35,493 bases of DNA from Sphingomonas sp. (GTDB lineage Bacteria > Pseudomonadota > Alphaproteobacteria > Sphingomonadales > Sphingomonadaceae): assembly GCA_035538975.1 (NCBI GenBank), contig DATLJJ010000467.1:1-35493 (forward strand). The letters run 5' to 3'. Both the position numbers and the translations under genes were made by a program. This document shows, one piece after another, positions 11,814 to 20,058 of this stretch. A model generated the notes under the pieces. That model was not told the DNA's origin and ran no database searches. It saw nothing but the letters and a program-made list of their open reading frames with translations. Position 1 is the first letter of the stretch, and the number at the start of each line of letters is the position of its first letter.

Positions 11814-12112
11814 GCTCGGCATCGGACAGCTTCGGCCTTCGATCCTCCTCCTGAGGCTAACTGGGAAGGTCTGCGGCGATCACCTCAAGCGCGCGCTCCG
11901 GTAAATCGAAATTCCGTAGCCATCGGCATGATCGCCACCGGCAAGCTCCCACCTCCGACAGACATTGAGCCTCTAGGCGCGAAGCGCCGCTAGGCAACGA
12001 CGATCCGCCCATTGAGGGCACGCCCGCAACATGGGCCGTCCCAGCCGGACGCTAACGGCGAACCGCTTTCCACCGTCACGGTGACGTAGCGCTTCCCCAA
12101 CTCAGCTCCGGT

Positions 12113-13810
12113 GTGTCCTTGTCGGTTTCTCCTGCCACGTCCAAGTCAAGCCTAGCGCAGTCGATCGCCTCTTGGCGCGGCGGCAGCGCGGGGTTTTTCA
12201 GGTTTCTGGCAGACGTGCAGCCGCGCGTGCCGAGCGGCACCGGCGGGTTCGTTCCCTTCGATCCCGGTCCCCGCGAACGTGCGGAGATTGCGAAGGCGCT
12301 GGACGGCGACGGCGTTTCGGTCGCTGTGTTCTGCTGGCCGCGCCGTCACGGCAAGACGCTTACCAGCGCTATGGTGCTAGTGTGGCGCTTCCTGACCCGC
12401 GCCGGCGAGAACATCGCTGTTGTCGCCAACTCGGAAAAGCAGGTTGTTGATACGGCCTTCCGCACCATTCGGCAGGCATTCGAGCAAACGCCGCTGCTCA
12501 AACGCTTGGTCGCGGCGGGCACCGTCAAGGTGCTCGGCGATCGTATCGAGCTGCCGAGCACTGGCAGCCTCATTCAGGCGTTCAGCTCGAACCCCTCGGC
12601 GCTCTGGGGCAAGAAGCTCAGCGCCGCCCAAATCTCGGAAATTCACGCCGCCAAGAACGGCGGCGATGAAGTATTCGAAGCGCTCGCTGGCTCGCTGCTC
12701 GACACGGCCGGCTCGCTGCTGCTGATAGACTCCACCGTCGCATCGAAGTCTTCGAAGCTGTGGGAACTGTATCAGGCAGCGACCCATGCCGACGATCCCG
12801 ACACTTCGATCGCGTTCAGCCATATCCAATACGCGGATTTGGACGAAGCCTGCGACAAGTCGCCGGCGTGGATCGCACCGGCGAAGCTGCGTTCGCTCGC
12901 CCGCCAGATGCTCCCGCACAAGTTCGCCCTACTGCACCTCAATCGCTGGGGTGACGCGGCGAACCTTCTGTTTCCCGCCGCCGTGCTCGATCCTTGCCTT
13001 GAGAGCTATCCGCTCGACCTCGATGCACTGGCGGCGGGTTCCGCATCGATCGTTGGCGGCGGTCTCGACCGAGCGTTCGGCGGCACGGTTCGCGGCGACA
13101 AGACCGCGACCGCATGCGTCGCCAAGATCGCGCTGGACGACGAAGAGCACATCTATGTGCTGGACGCAGACTCGGTCCCGTTCAGCCGCATGGCCGGCAT
13201 CAAGACGCGCCTCGACGGCTACCACACGGGCTACGCCATGAAGCGTCTGGTGCTTGAGTCCTACGGCGCGCAGGACGTGGCCGATTGGGCTGGCACACGC
13301 CCCTACAGTGCCGGCACCGAAGTGGTTCACCCTTCGCGCCGCACGAAATATGTGGCCTTCCTCGCGTTGTATCAGGCGGCGGCCGAAGGCCGCTTGCACA
13401 TCCACCCGCGCTTCAAGGAACTGATCGCGGAGCTTCGCGCATTCGAGGTCCACGAGGACGGCAAGGCCACGGATGGCGAAGCTGCCGTGCCGAAATTCAG
13501 CCACCCGCGCGGCGGGCACGACGACTTCGTGCATGCCTTGGCCTGGGCCGTCTATTCGCTGCGCACCGCCACCCTGAACCCCTACGAGATTGCCGGTATC
13601 AACTGCACCGGGATTGGCGCCAGCATCGTGCATTGCGCGCTCAACGGCGGCGATCATGTGCCGGCCTGCGCCGACGTTTGCCGCTCCATGTCGGAAGCTC
13701 GCGAGCTGTATCAAGCCTATTTGGCGCGCGGCCCCTTAGTCCCGCTGCAACTACCCGCATTCATCGCAAATAAATTGCAGAATATCGGCGCACACACGCT
13801 GCCAAGATAA
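12113..13810 (+). CDS. Terminase large subunit
   Basis: Walker A PRRHGKT; VVANSEKQ; Walker B-like AAQISEIH; motif III IDST; RNase H-like GGLDRA...HDDFVHA; directly upstream of a portal-like gene. Start codon uncertain. Confidence 0.88.
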   Translation: MSLSVSPATSKSSLAQSIASWRGGSAGFFRFLADVQPRVPSGTGGFVPFDPGPRERAEIAKALDGDGVSVAVFCWPRRHGKTLTSAMVLVWRFLTRAGENIAVVANSEKQVVDTAFRTIRQAFEQTPLLKRLVAAGTVKVLGDRIELPSTGSLIQAFSSNPSALWGKKLSAAQISEIHAAKNGGDEVFEALAGSLLDTAGSLLLIDSTVASKSSKLWELYQAATHADDPDTSIAFSHIQYADLDEACDKSPAWIAPAKLRSLARQMLPHKFALLHLNRWGDAANLLFPAAVLDPCLESYPLDLDALAAGSASIVGGGLDRAFGGTVRGDKTATACVAKIALDDEEHIYVLDADSVPFSRMAGIKTRLDGYHTGYAMKRLVLESYGAQDVADWAGTRPYSAGTEVVHPSRRTKYVAFLALYQAAAEGRLHIHPRFKELIAELRAFEVHEDGKATDGEAAVPKFSHPRGGHDDFVHALAWAVYSLRTATLNPYEIAGINCTGIGASIVHCALNGGDHVPACADVCRSMSEARELYQAYLARGPLVPLQLPAFIANKLQNIGAHTLPR

Positions 13811-13819
13811 CGATTTATC

Positions 13820-13848
13820 TTTCCAAAATTCCAAATCTAGTTTATACT
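13820..13848 (+). promoter_or_regulatory. Putative internal promoter upstream of portal
   Basis: TTTCCA-17bp-TATACT within an AT-rich 52-bp spacer. Confidence 0.4.
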
Positions 13849-13862
13849 ACTACCACGTTTTA

Positions 13863-15320
13863 ATGCCTGAAGGACAAGCATTGTTTAACTTTGGATCATT
13901 GGGGAGTGATGTTGTCCGTATAACGGCATCTTCGCACGTTCGCAAGGACAGCTGCGCTCGCCGTCTCAATTATTATTGGGACCGCCAGCACGACGCCACT
14001 TACCGCTTGATCGCGCAGAGTTTCGCCAAGCCCGAGAAATTCCGCATTTTCTGCGTGAACCTTGTTCGCGCGATCGTTGATAAGCGCGCGAGCACCTATC
14101 GCCTTCCCCCGCGCCGCACTTTCACCGGCATCGATCAAGTCACCGGCGACGCGCTCTACAAGGCGATGAATGCCGACGCCGTTCTGAAAAAGGCGAGCCG
14201 CTATCTAGAGGTTTGCAAAACGGTCGCGCTGCAAGTGGGCTGGAACGAGGCGACCGGCACGCCGACGCTACACGTTCTCACGCCGAACGTGCTGGACGTG
14301 ATCGGCTCCGATCCGCAGCACCCCGAGCGCATCATTGTCACCTATCCCGGCGAGCGTGCGGAGGATACGACCTATGCGGACTGGACGCCGAACGGCTTCC
14401 GTCTGCTGAACGCGCGCGGGGCTGCGAAGCGCCTCCCCGCTAACCCCGACAACACCAACCCCTATGGCGTGCTCCCGTTCGTTCCGTGGTTCGATCGCCT
14501 TCCCGACGACTCCTTTTGGCTTCCCGGCGGCGACGATCTCTACGCTGCACAGGACGCCGTGAACGTCGCGCTGGCCTCGCTCTGGCGTGCGGTGGAGCTG
14601 CACGCGCATGGACAGGCGTGGGCATCCGGTATCTCGGCGAACGAGACCCTGAATTTTGGCCCCGACCGCGCCATTGCGCTGCCGCAAGGTGGGCAATTCG
14701 GCTTCGCGGCACCTAACGCGCCGATTGCTTCGATCCTCTCGGCGATCGAATTCGTGCTCCGCGAGATGGCCGCCACCTACGGCGTCGGCGCGGACCTATT
14801 CGATTTGAGCAAGGTCGCGGAGTCCGGCTCGGCGAAGCACGCGGGCCGCCTCGATCTCAAAGAGGTGCGGCAAGACCAAATCGCCCAAGCGCGGGCGATG
14901 GAAGCACGGCTTTTCGCTACGCTTGCCGCCGTGGTGAATACGCACCGTCCGGGCACCATCCCGGAGGGTGCCAGCGTCGGCGTGGACTTCGCGGAACAGC
15001 AAGACCAGCTCAGCGAAGCGGAAGCGCTCACCAATGCCGAGACCAAGACCGAGCTTGGCATTTGGAACGCCGTGGACGTGCTGATGGCGTCCAACCCCGA
15101 CGGCTTCCCCGACCGCCAATCAGCGTTTGCGGAGCTGCAACGCCGCGCCGCCGAAACCGCCGCGCTCGCGGCGTCCCCCAAGAGTGAGACCAATGAGCAA
15201 CGAGACCTCGAACCCCAATCCGAACCCGGAACCCGACGCCGCCGCACACGCAGCGGCGGTAGCGGCGGCGCCGTCAGCAAATCCCGAACCCGCCCCGGAG
15301 CTGGCGGCACTGAAGGCTGA
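13863..15320 (+). CDS. Phage portal protein (SPP1 gp6-like by motif)
   Basis: Position between terminase and capsid; YY...Q, NLVRAIVDKRASTY, NPYGVLPFV, ESGSA, V.VDF motifs. Alternative start TTG 13881 has an RBS (GAAGGA). Confidence 0.82.
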   Translation: MPEGQALFNFGSLGSDVVRITASSHVRKDSCARRLNYYWDRQHDATYRLIAQSFAKPEKFRIFCVNLVRAIVDKRASTYRLPPRRTFTGIDQVTGDALYKAMNADAVLKKASRYLEVCKTVALQVGWNEATGTPTLHVLTPNVLDVIGSDPQHPERIIVTYPGERAEDTTYADWTPNGFRLLNARGAAKRLPANPDNTNPYGVLPFVPWFDRLPDDSFWLPGGDDLYAAQDAVNVALASLWRAVELHAHGQAWASGISANETLNFGPDRAIALPQGGQFGFAAPNAPIASILSAIEFVLREMAATYGVGADLFDLSKVAESGSAKHAGRLDLKEVRQDQIAQARAMEARLFATLAAVVNTHRPGTIPEGASVGVDFAEQQDQLSEAEALTNAETKTELGIWNAVDVLMASNPDGFPDRQSAFAELQRRAAETAALAASPKSETNEQRDLEPQSEPGTRRRRTRSGGSGGAVSKSRTRPGAGGTEG

Positions 15321-15489
15321 GCTGGCGGCGCTTCGCGCCGACCTCGCGGAGCTGACCAAGGCGGAGGCGGCCCCCACCCCACCGACTGTCCCCGCGACCG
15401 ACACGCCGGCCCCGGCGATCACGCCGAAGGCCCCCGACACCTCCGCTCTGCCCGTCTTTGCGCGGCTGGCAGCCGGATATTCCAAGTAA
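15193..15489 (+). CDS. Probable capsid scaffolding protein (98 aa)
   Basis: MSNETSNPNP..., coiled coil ELAALKAELAALRADLAEL, Pro-rich linker, C-terminal helix VFARLAAGYSK; directly before the capsid gene. Confidence 0.65.
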   Translation: MSNETSNPNPNPEPDAAAHAAAVAAAPSANPEPAPELAALKAELAALRADLAELTKAEAAPTPPTVPATDTPAPAITPKAPDTSALPVFARLAAGYSK

Positions 15490-15518
15490 CGCGCACAGCC
15501 GAGAGGATTGCCTAAGTA

Positions 15519-16418
15519 ATGCTGACTCAGACCGAATGGGCGAAGCTGAACCCGGACCCGCTTCAGAGCGGCGTCGTGGAGATTTTCGCCAGCACGAATC
15601 CCATCATGCAGTATATGCCGTTCCAGAACATCGCGGGCGCGGCCTACGTCTACAATCGCGAGCAGACTCTGCCCGGTATCGCCTTTCGTGGCATCAACGA
15701 GTCCTATGACGAGTCCACCGGCGTCATCAATCAGCTGAGCGATCCGCTCAAGATCGTCGGCGGCGATCTCGACATCGACGCCGCACTGATTGCGTGGAGC
15801 GCCGGCGCTAACGACACGCGCGCCATTCACGACGCCATGAAGGTGAAGGCGCTGAGCCTCACCCACCTCAAGACCGTGTTCGACGGCGACAGCACCGCCA
15901 ACGTCAAGGAATTCGATGGCCTAAACGCCCGCCTGACCGGCAATCAGGTTATCACGGCCGGCACCAACGGTGCGGCCCTCACGCTCGAAATGCTGGACAG
16001 CCTGTGCGATGCGGTCGCCGGCTCGCCAACGCTGCTGCTGATGAACAAGCCGCTGCGCCAGAAAATCCGCCAGCTGGCCCGGAGCGTCAACGCGCTCACG
16101 ATCGCCAAGGACGATCTCGGCCGCGAAGTGGACATGTATTACGGCGTGCCGTTCGCGATCGTGGAGGAAGACGCCACCGGCGCGGACATTCTCGGCTTCG
16201 ATGAGACGCAGGGCACCGCGAACAACACCGGCAGCATCTACGCCGTGAAGCTCGGCGCGGGCGCGATGTTCGGCGCGCAGACCGCCCCGATCAGTGTTCG
16301 CGATCTCGGCGAGCTTCAGAGCAAGCCGGCATTCCGCACCCGCGTCGAGCACTATTCGACGATCGTGCTGGAGCACCCGAAGGCCGCCGCGCGGCTCAAG
16401 GGTATCAAGCTCGCCTAA
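15519..16418 (+). CDS. Major capsid protein (HK97-fold, no delta domain)
   Basis: 299 aa, RBS GAGAGGA; PF..I.G..Y.YNRE..LP...FR.INE, GD.....EFDGL, YGVP, C-terminal AARLKGI, as in siphophage-type capsids. Confidence 0.9.
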   Translation: MLTQTEWAKLNPDPLQSGVVEIFASTNPIMQYMPFQNIAGAAYVYNREQTLPGIAFRGINESYDESTGVINQLSDPLKIVGGDLDIDAALIAWSAGANDTRAIHDAMKVKALSLTHLKTVFDGDSTANVKEFDGLNARLTGNQVITAGTNGAALTLEMLDSLCDAVAGSPTLLLMNKPLRQKIRQLARSVNALTIAKDDLGREVDMYYGVPFAIVEEDATGADILGFDETQGTANNTGSIYAVKLGAGAMFGAQTAPISVRDLGELQSKPAFRTRVEHYSTIVLEHPKAAARLKGIKLA

Positions 16419-16635
16419 TCAACCTCGCCGCCAGCATAGGCTTCCCCTCAATTCCGGTGCGCCAAGTGATCGCTGGCGGCGCGCGTCGGCGAGGGAGAGC
16501 AGTGGCCCGGTGCTCACGCCGGGGCGGGACAAGTCGGCGAGTGTCCCGTCATTCAAAACAACCCCGAATGCCGGCGGCCCCACCCTACTCCTTGGGGGCG
16601 TGGCCGGCACCCCACCCCGCTTTCGAGAACCAAAG

Positions 16636-16965
16636 ATGATCGCCGCCGCTCTCCGCCCCCTGCTAGATTCTGAGGTGCAGCATTGGTTTCCGCCAGTGCG
16701 CGACATCCACGGCAAGCAGTTCAAGGGCGGAAGAGGCGCAACGACGCACGTCGCGCGCGTCTCCTACACGCCCGGAAGCACAATCGGCCCGGCCTCCCGC
16801 GAGCGCGCGGCAGATGCCGCCGCCGTCGTGTGGCTGATAAATCATCCCCGTCCGATCGCCATCGGCGACAGTTTCGAGCTGCCCACCGGCGAAGTCCTGA
16901 AAGTCTTTCGCACCGAGCGCCGCAGCGCAGGCGCAGATACGGTTAGCAAGGTTTACCTGTCATGA
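16636..16965 (+). CDS. Probable head-closure-like protein (109 aa)
   Basis: ATG 16636; ..RDIHGK.., IAIGDSFELPTGEVLKV pattern of beta-rich head-completion proteins; ATGA overlap with next gene. Confidence 0.55.
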   Translation: MIAAALRPLLDSEVQHWFPPVRDIHGKQFKGGRGATTHVARVSYTPGSTIGPASRERAADAAAVVWLINHPRPIAIGDSFELPTGEVLKVFRTERRSAGADTVSKVYLS

Positions 16966-17429
16966 TTCAGCCTATCGTCGGCACTAACTCCTATGTCTCT
17001 CTGGAGGCCGCGGACGCCTTGGCGTCCGAACGCCTTTTCACGCGGACGTGGCACACGGCCACGGAGGAGCGGCGCGCAAGGGCCATTATCACCGCGACCG
17101 CTCTCTTGGACCGCATGCAGTGGCGAGGGCGTCCGCTCGCACCCACGCAGCGCCTAGCATGGCCTCGCGTCGCCAACGGGTGCCCCGAAGGCTATCCGCT
17201 CACCGCCCACATTCCGGCTCCGATCGCGGCCGCCACCGTGGAGCTGGCAATTCACTTGCTCAGCACCGGCGAGCTACCCAGCGGCCCCGCCATCATGCAG
17301 CGCATGCTTGGCGACAGCATGGCGATGTATTTTGCTCACGTCGCAGACGAGTTGCCAAAGCACGTCCGACGCCTTGTAGAGCCGTTCCTCGAGGCGAGCT
17401 CGGCCAATGTCGCCGTGGTGCGTTTCTAG
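16962..17429 (+). CDS. Head-tail adaptor-like protein (DnaT-like NSYV family)
   Basis: NSYVSLEAAD, AIITATALLD, Q.LAWPR, IP..I..A..ELA motifs typical of this phage family found after capsid genes. Confidence 0.75.
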   Translation: MIQPIVGTNSYVSLEAADALASERLFTRTWHTATEERRARAIITATALLDRMQWRGRPLAPTQRLAWPRVANGCPEGYPLTAHIPAPIAAATVELAIHLLSTGELPSGPAIMQRMLGDSMAMYFAHVADELPKHVRRLVEPFLEASSANVAVVRF

Positions 17430-17497
17430 TGTCTCGGGTTATATCACCCCAAGGTTGCACCAATCGCGGCAGCCACACGACGCCGGAGCGTCGTTTA

Positions 17498-17959
17498 ATG
17501 ATGGCGACGGTCTTAGAGGCGCTGCGCGACGCGCTTGGGAACGGCACGGTCAATCGCCCGACGGAGCGGGAACATGCTCGCCGTCAGGCCCTTTCGTGGT
17601 TTCGCGAAGGTGGCCCCGACTTCCAGCTCGTGTGCACCCTCGCGGGTTTGGATCCCGAATGCACGCGCCGCGCGGCGCTGGACGTTATTGCCGGCAACAA
17701 GATCCTGCCGCGTCGGCGGCGGCCTCGGCGCCTTTCAGCCGCAGAACATGCGACCTCGCCTCCGACGAAGCCCCGCCGACCCGCCGGAAGAATGTGGCCG
17801 TGCAGCGCCAGCGCCAGCCAAATCGCCACGTATGCAGGCGTTTCGGAGTCGGCCGTCCGCGCCGTGGTCTACGCTCACGCTCCTACGTCGGCCGACATGC
17901 AGCGCCGGGTGCACCGAGCCATTCAAGAGCTTGCCCAGAAAGCCGCAGATGCCGCTTGA
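17498..17959 (+). CDS. Phage regulator-like protein with C-terminal LacI-type HTH
   Basis: ATG 17498 (RBS GGAG); N-terminal ALSWF...DFQLVCTLAGLDP; C-terminal SQIATYAGVSESAVRAVV...SADMQRRVHRAIQEL. Confidence 0.7.
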   Translation: MMATVLEALRDALGNGTVNRPTEREHARRQALSWFREGGPDFQLVCTLAGLDPECTRRAALDVIAGNKILPRRRRPRRLSAAEHATSPPTKPRRPAGRMWPCSASASQIATYAGVSESAVRAVVYAHAPTSADMQRRVHRAIQELAQKAADAA

Positions 17960-18335
17960 TCTCGACACATTCGCCAACGAGCCGCTGATTGTGGGCGGGC
18001 GCAAGATCGATGGCCGCACGACGGAGGCCCGCCGCTTTCGCGCCCTGGCTGTCGATCTCGCCGCGCAGCTCAACCGCAACCCATCACCGGCCGAACGCCT
18101 GTTGCTGCTGAACGCGGCGACCTTGGCGACGCTTTGCGAACGGTTCACCGCCGACCTGCTTGAGGGCACGCCGGTGGAGGAAGAGCCATATCGCCGTAAC
18201 GTGGCAGCTCTGAGCGCCGTTCTCATCAAATTGGGTATGGCCGCGCACAGCCGCGACATAACGAAGCGTGACCGCGCCGGATCGGACGATTTCGGCACTG
18301 CTCTGATTGAGGCGAGCGCGAATGCGGAACGCTAG
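17949..18335 (+). CDS. Hypothetical protein, candidate small terminase subunit (128 aa)
   Basis: DGRTTEARRFRAL...SPAERLLLLNAATL...YRR....L...L.KLG; helical pattern I recall next to terminase genes; overlaps the previous gene. Confidence 0.5.
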   Translation: MPLDLDTFANEPLIVGGRKIDGRTTEARRFRALAVDLAAQLNRNPSPAERLLLLNAATLATLCERFTADLLEGTPVEEEPYRRNVAALSAVLIKLGMAAHSRDITKRDRAGSDDFGTALIEASANAER

Positions 18336-18339
18336 ACCG

Positions 18340-19152
18340 ATGTCCAACGAACCAGCCACGCAGCTTTTGGAAAGCCTTTGGGCGATCTATTCGATTGAGC
18401 AAATTGGCAGTCGCTACCTTCGCCAGCTCGATCGCGCCGCATTCATGACCGCTGCCGAGCCGCTGATGCGGGAATTTTCTCCTGCAATATTTGCCGGCGG
18501 CCAAGTCGCACGTCGTGCAATCTGTATGTTCTTCTATCACCTGAACGAAGAGACGCAGGCTGTGCTTAGCTTGCCTCTCGCATGGCAACGCGCGTTTCGC
18601 GACGCGTTCGATCGCGGCGAGATAGATAGTGTCGCCCTCGGAGCTGCGGTGCGCATGATCTATCGCTACAACTCGCCGGAACCACGCTACGCCGGGGAGG
18701 CCATGGCGGAGACACTGGCAAACCTCCGGCTTTCCGACCCTGCCGGTATCATGCTCCCGCAAGAGCTACGGGTATGGCACGCGCTCCCGGATCACGTCAC
18801 AATCTACCGCGGTGCGCTCGCCCACACCGCCGCCGAAGCGGCCCGGGGAATTAGTTGGTCCCTATCGCGTGGTTATTCGGCGATGCACCTCTATCGGCGC
18901 GCAATGCCGATCCACGCCGCGACTGACGTGCGGGCATTGCTGGGCCTCGACGCGCCGCCCCGACAGCTAGTTTCAGCTACGGTGCGCAAATCCGCCGTTC
19001 TCGCCGCCATGTGCTCAAGCGATGAGGAGGTATTTGTGGATTACGAGCAAATCGAGACGGCAGGCATAACGAGCTTGCCCACCAGCTCCCTGCTGACTAC
19101 CGGCTTCAAGGAGCTGGTGCAGAAAACGAGCGCGCGATTGCACGCCGCGTAG
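18340..19152 (+). CDS. Hypothetical protein with candidate ADP-ribosyltransferase (R-S-E) fold
   Basis: VTIYRG ... GISWS ... SDEEVFV in the expected order; start could also be 18322. Confidence 0.55.
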   Translation: MSNEPATQLLESLWAIYSIEQIGSRYLRQLDRAAFMTAAEPLMREFSPAIFAGGQVARRAICMFFYHLNEETQAVLSLPLAWQRAFRDAFDRGEIDSVALGAAVRMIYRYNSPEPRYAGEAMAETLANLRLSDPAGIMLPQELRVWHALPDHVTIYRGALAHTAAEAARGISWSLSRGYSAMHLYRRAMPIHAATDVRALLGLDAPPRQLVSATVRKSAVLAAMCSSDEEVFVDYEQIETAGITSLPTSSLLTTGFKELVQKTSARLHAA

Positions 19153-19188
19153 CCTTCCCATGGCCGCAATCGCTGCTACCAAGCGGCG

Positions 19189-20058
19189 ATGGCAATGCTA
19201 CTCGCTGACTCCAACGCGCTCGGCAATCCGCAGCTAAAGACGTATTTCAGCGCCTCTCGCGATCATCACATAGCGCTGTCCGACCTCACGTTAGTTGAGA
19301 TGCGGAAAGAGCACGCCGTTTTCAACTCGCGGGAATCGCTGCGCATCGCGTCGCAGTTCCCAAATCAGGTGTTCGTGCTGAAGCGGACCCACGAGATACT
19401 TGAGCTGAACATTACGTGCAGCGCTGACACCGACGCTCTATTCGACTATCAGGCCGGCGCGGAGCTGGACCAAATCACTCGCGACCTAATGACGGTGCCG
19501 GTGCCCAATCGCCTTAAGGCCCGCATGGCAGAACTTGAGCCGGAAGCCACCAACGTCATCACCGAGCTAGGGAAGCAGATGCAAGACCTAGAAGCGGGTC
19601 TTGTGAGCATGACGAAAGAATTCAAACAGCCCCAAATAAAACAGCTCAGAACAGGCGTCGGCGTTACAGAGGATACAAGGCAAACACTCTTCCGGTTGCT
19701 GAAAGAAACTACCGCACAATTCATGATCGACAATCAACAGCCCCTCAATCGGAAGGGCATCAAGCTCACCGAGGCACGGGGAATGTGCGGCTTCCGCTAC
19801 TGCCTGTGCATGATGATCTACTACATTCTCTGGGTTCAAAACGGACGCCAAACGGGGCGCGCCGAACACCTCAGGGTGAACGATGTCATAGACATGCAGC
19901 TCGCGGCGATGGGCACCTACTTCAACGGCGTGCTCAGCACCGACAAGCTGGTATGGAACGCCTCGCAAGCGGTGCGTGCGATACTCCGGCAATATGGTGC
20001 CTACGTCGGCGAGGATTGGGTTCTTCCGCCCTCGCTGGCAACGCAGATTGGGCGCTAG
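19189..20058 (+). CDS. Hypothetical protein, PIN-like nuclease candidate
   Basis: LLADSNAL, SDLTLVEM, NDVIDM, VLSTDK give the acidic residue order of PIN domains; codons are more AT-rich. Confidence 0.6.
   Translation: MAMLLADSNALGNPQLKTYFSASRDHHIALSDLTLVEMRKEHAVFNSRESLRIASQFPNQVFVLKRTHEILELNITCSADTDALFDYQAGAELDQITRDLMTVPVPNRLKARMAELEPEATNVITELGKQMQDLEAGLVSMTKEFKQPQIKQLRTGVGVTEDTRQTLFRLLKETTAQFMIDNQQPLNRKGIKLTEARGMCGFRYCLCMMIYYILWVQNGRQTGRAEHLRVNDVIDMQLAAMGTYFNGVLSTDKLVWNASQAVRAILRQYGAYVGEDWVLPPSLATQIGR

Noticed and set aside
11579-11904. Short ORFs of 60 and 77 aa between int and terL
   Set aside because: No RBS, atypical composition and no recognisable motif; treated as non-coding, although a decayed initiator gene is not excluded.
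15519-16418. Encapsulin or gene transfer agent interpretation
   Set aside because: Portal, terminase, integrase and att sites point to a mobile DNA-packaging element; RcGTA-type clusters have protease and tail genes and no att.
16294-16635. N-terminal extension of the 223-aa ORF
   Set aside because: Overlaps the capsid gene and structured spacer; ATG 16636 is more plausible.
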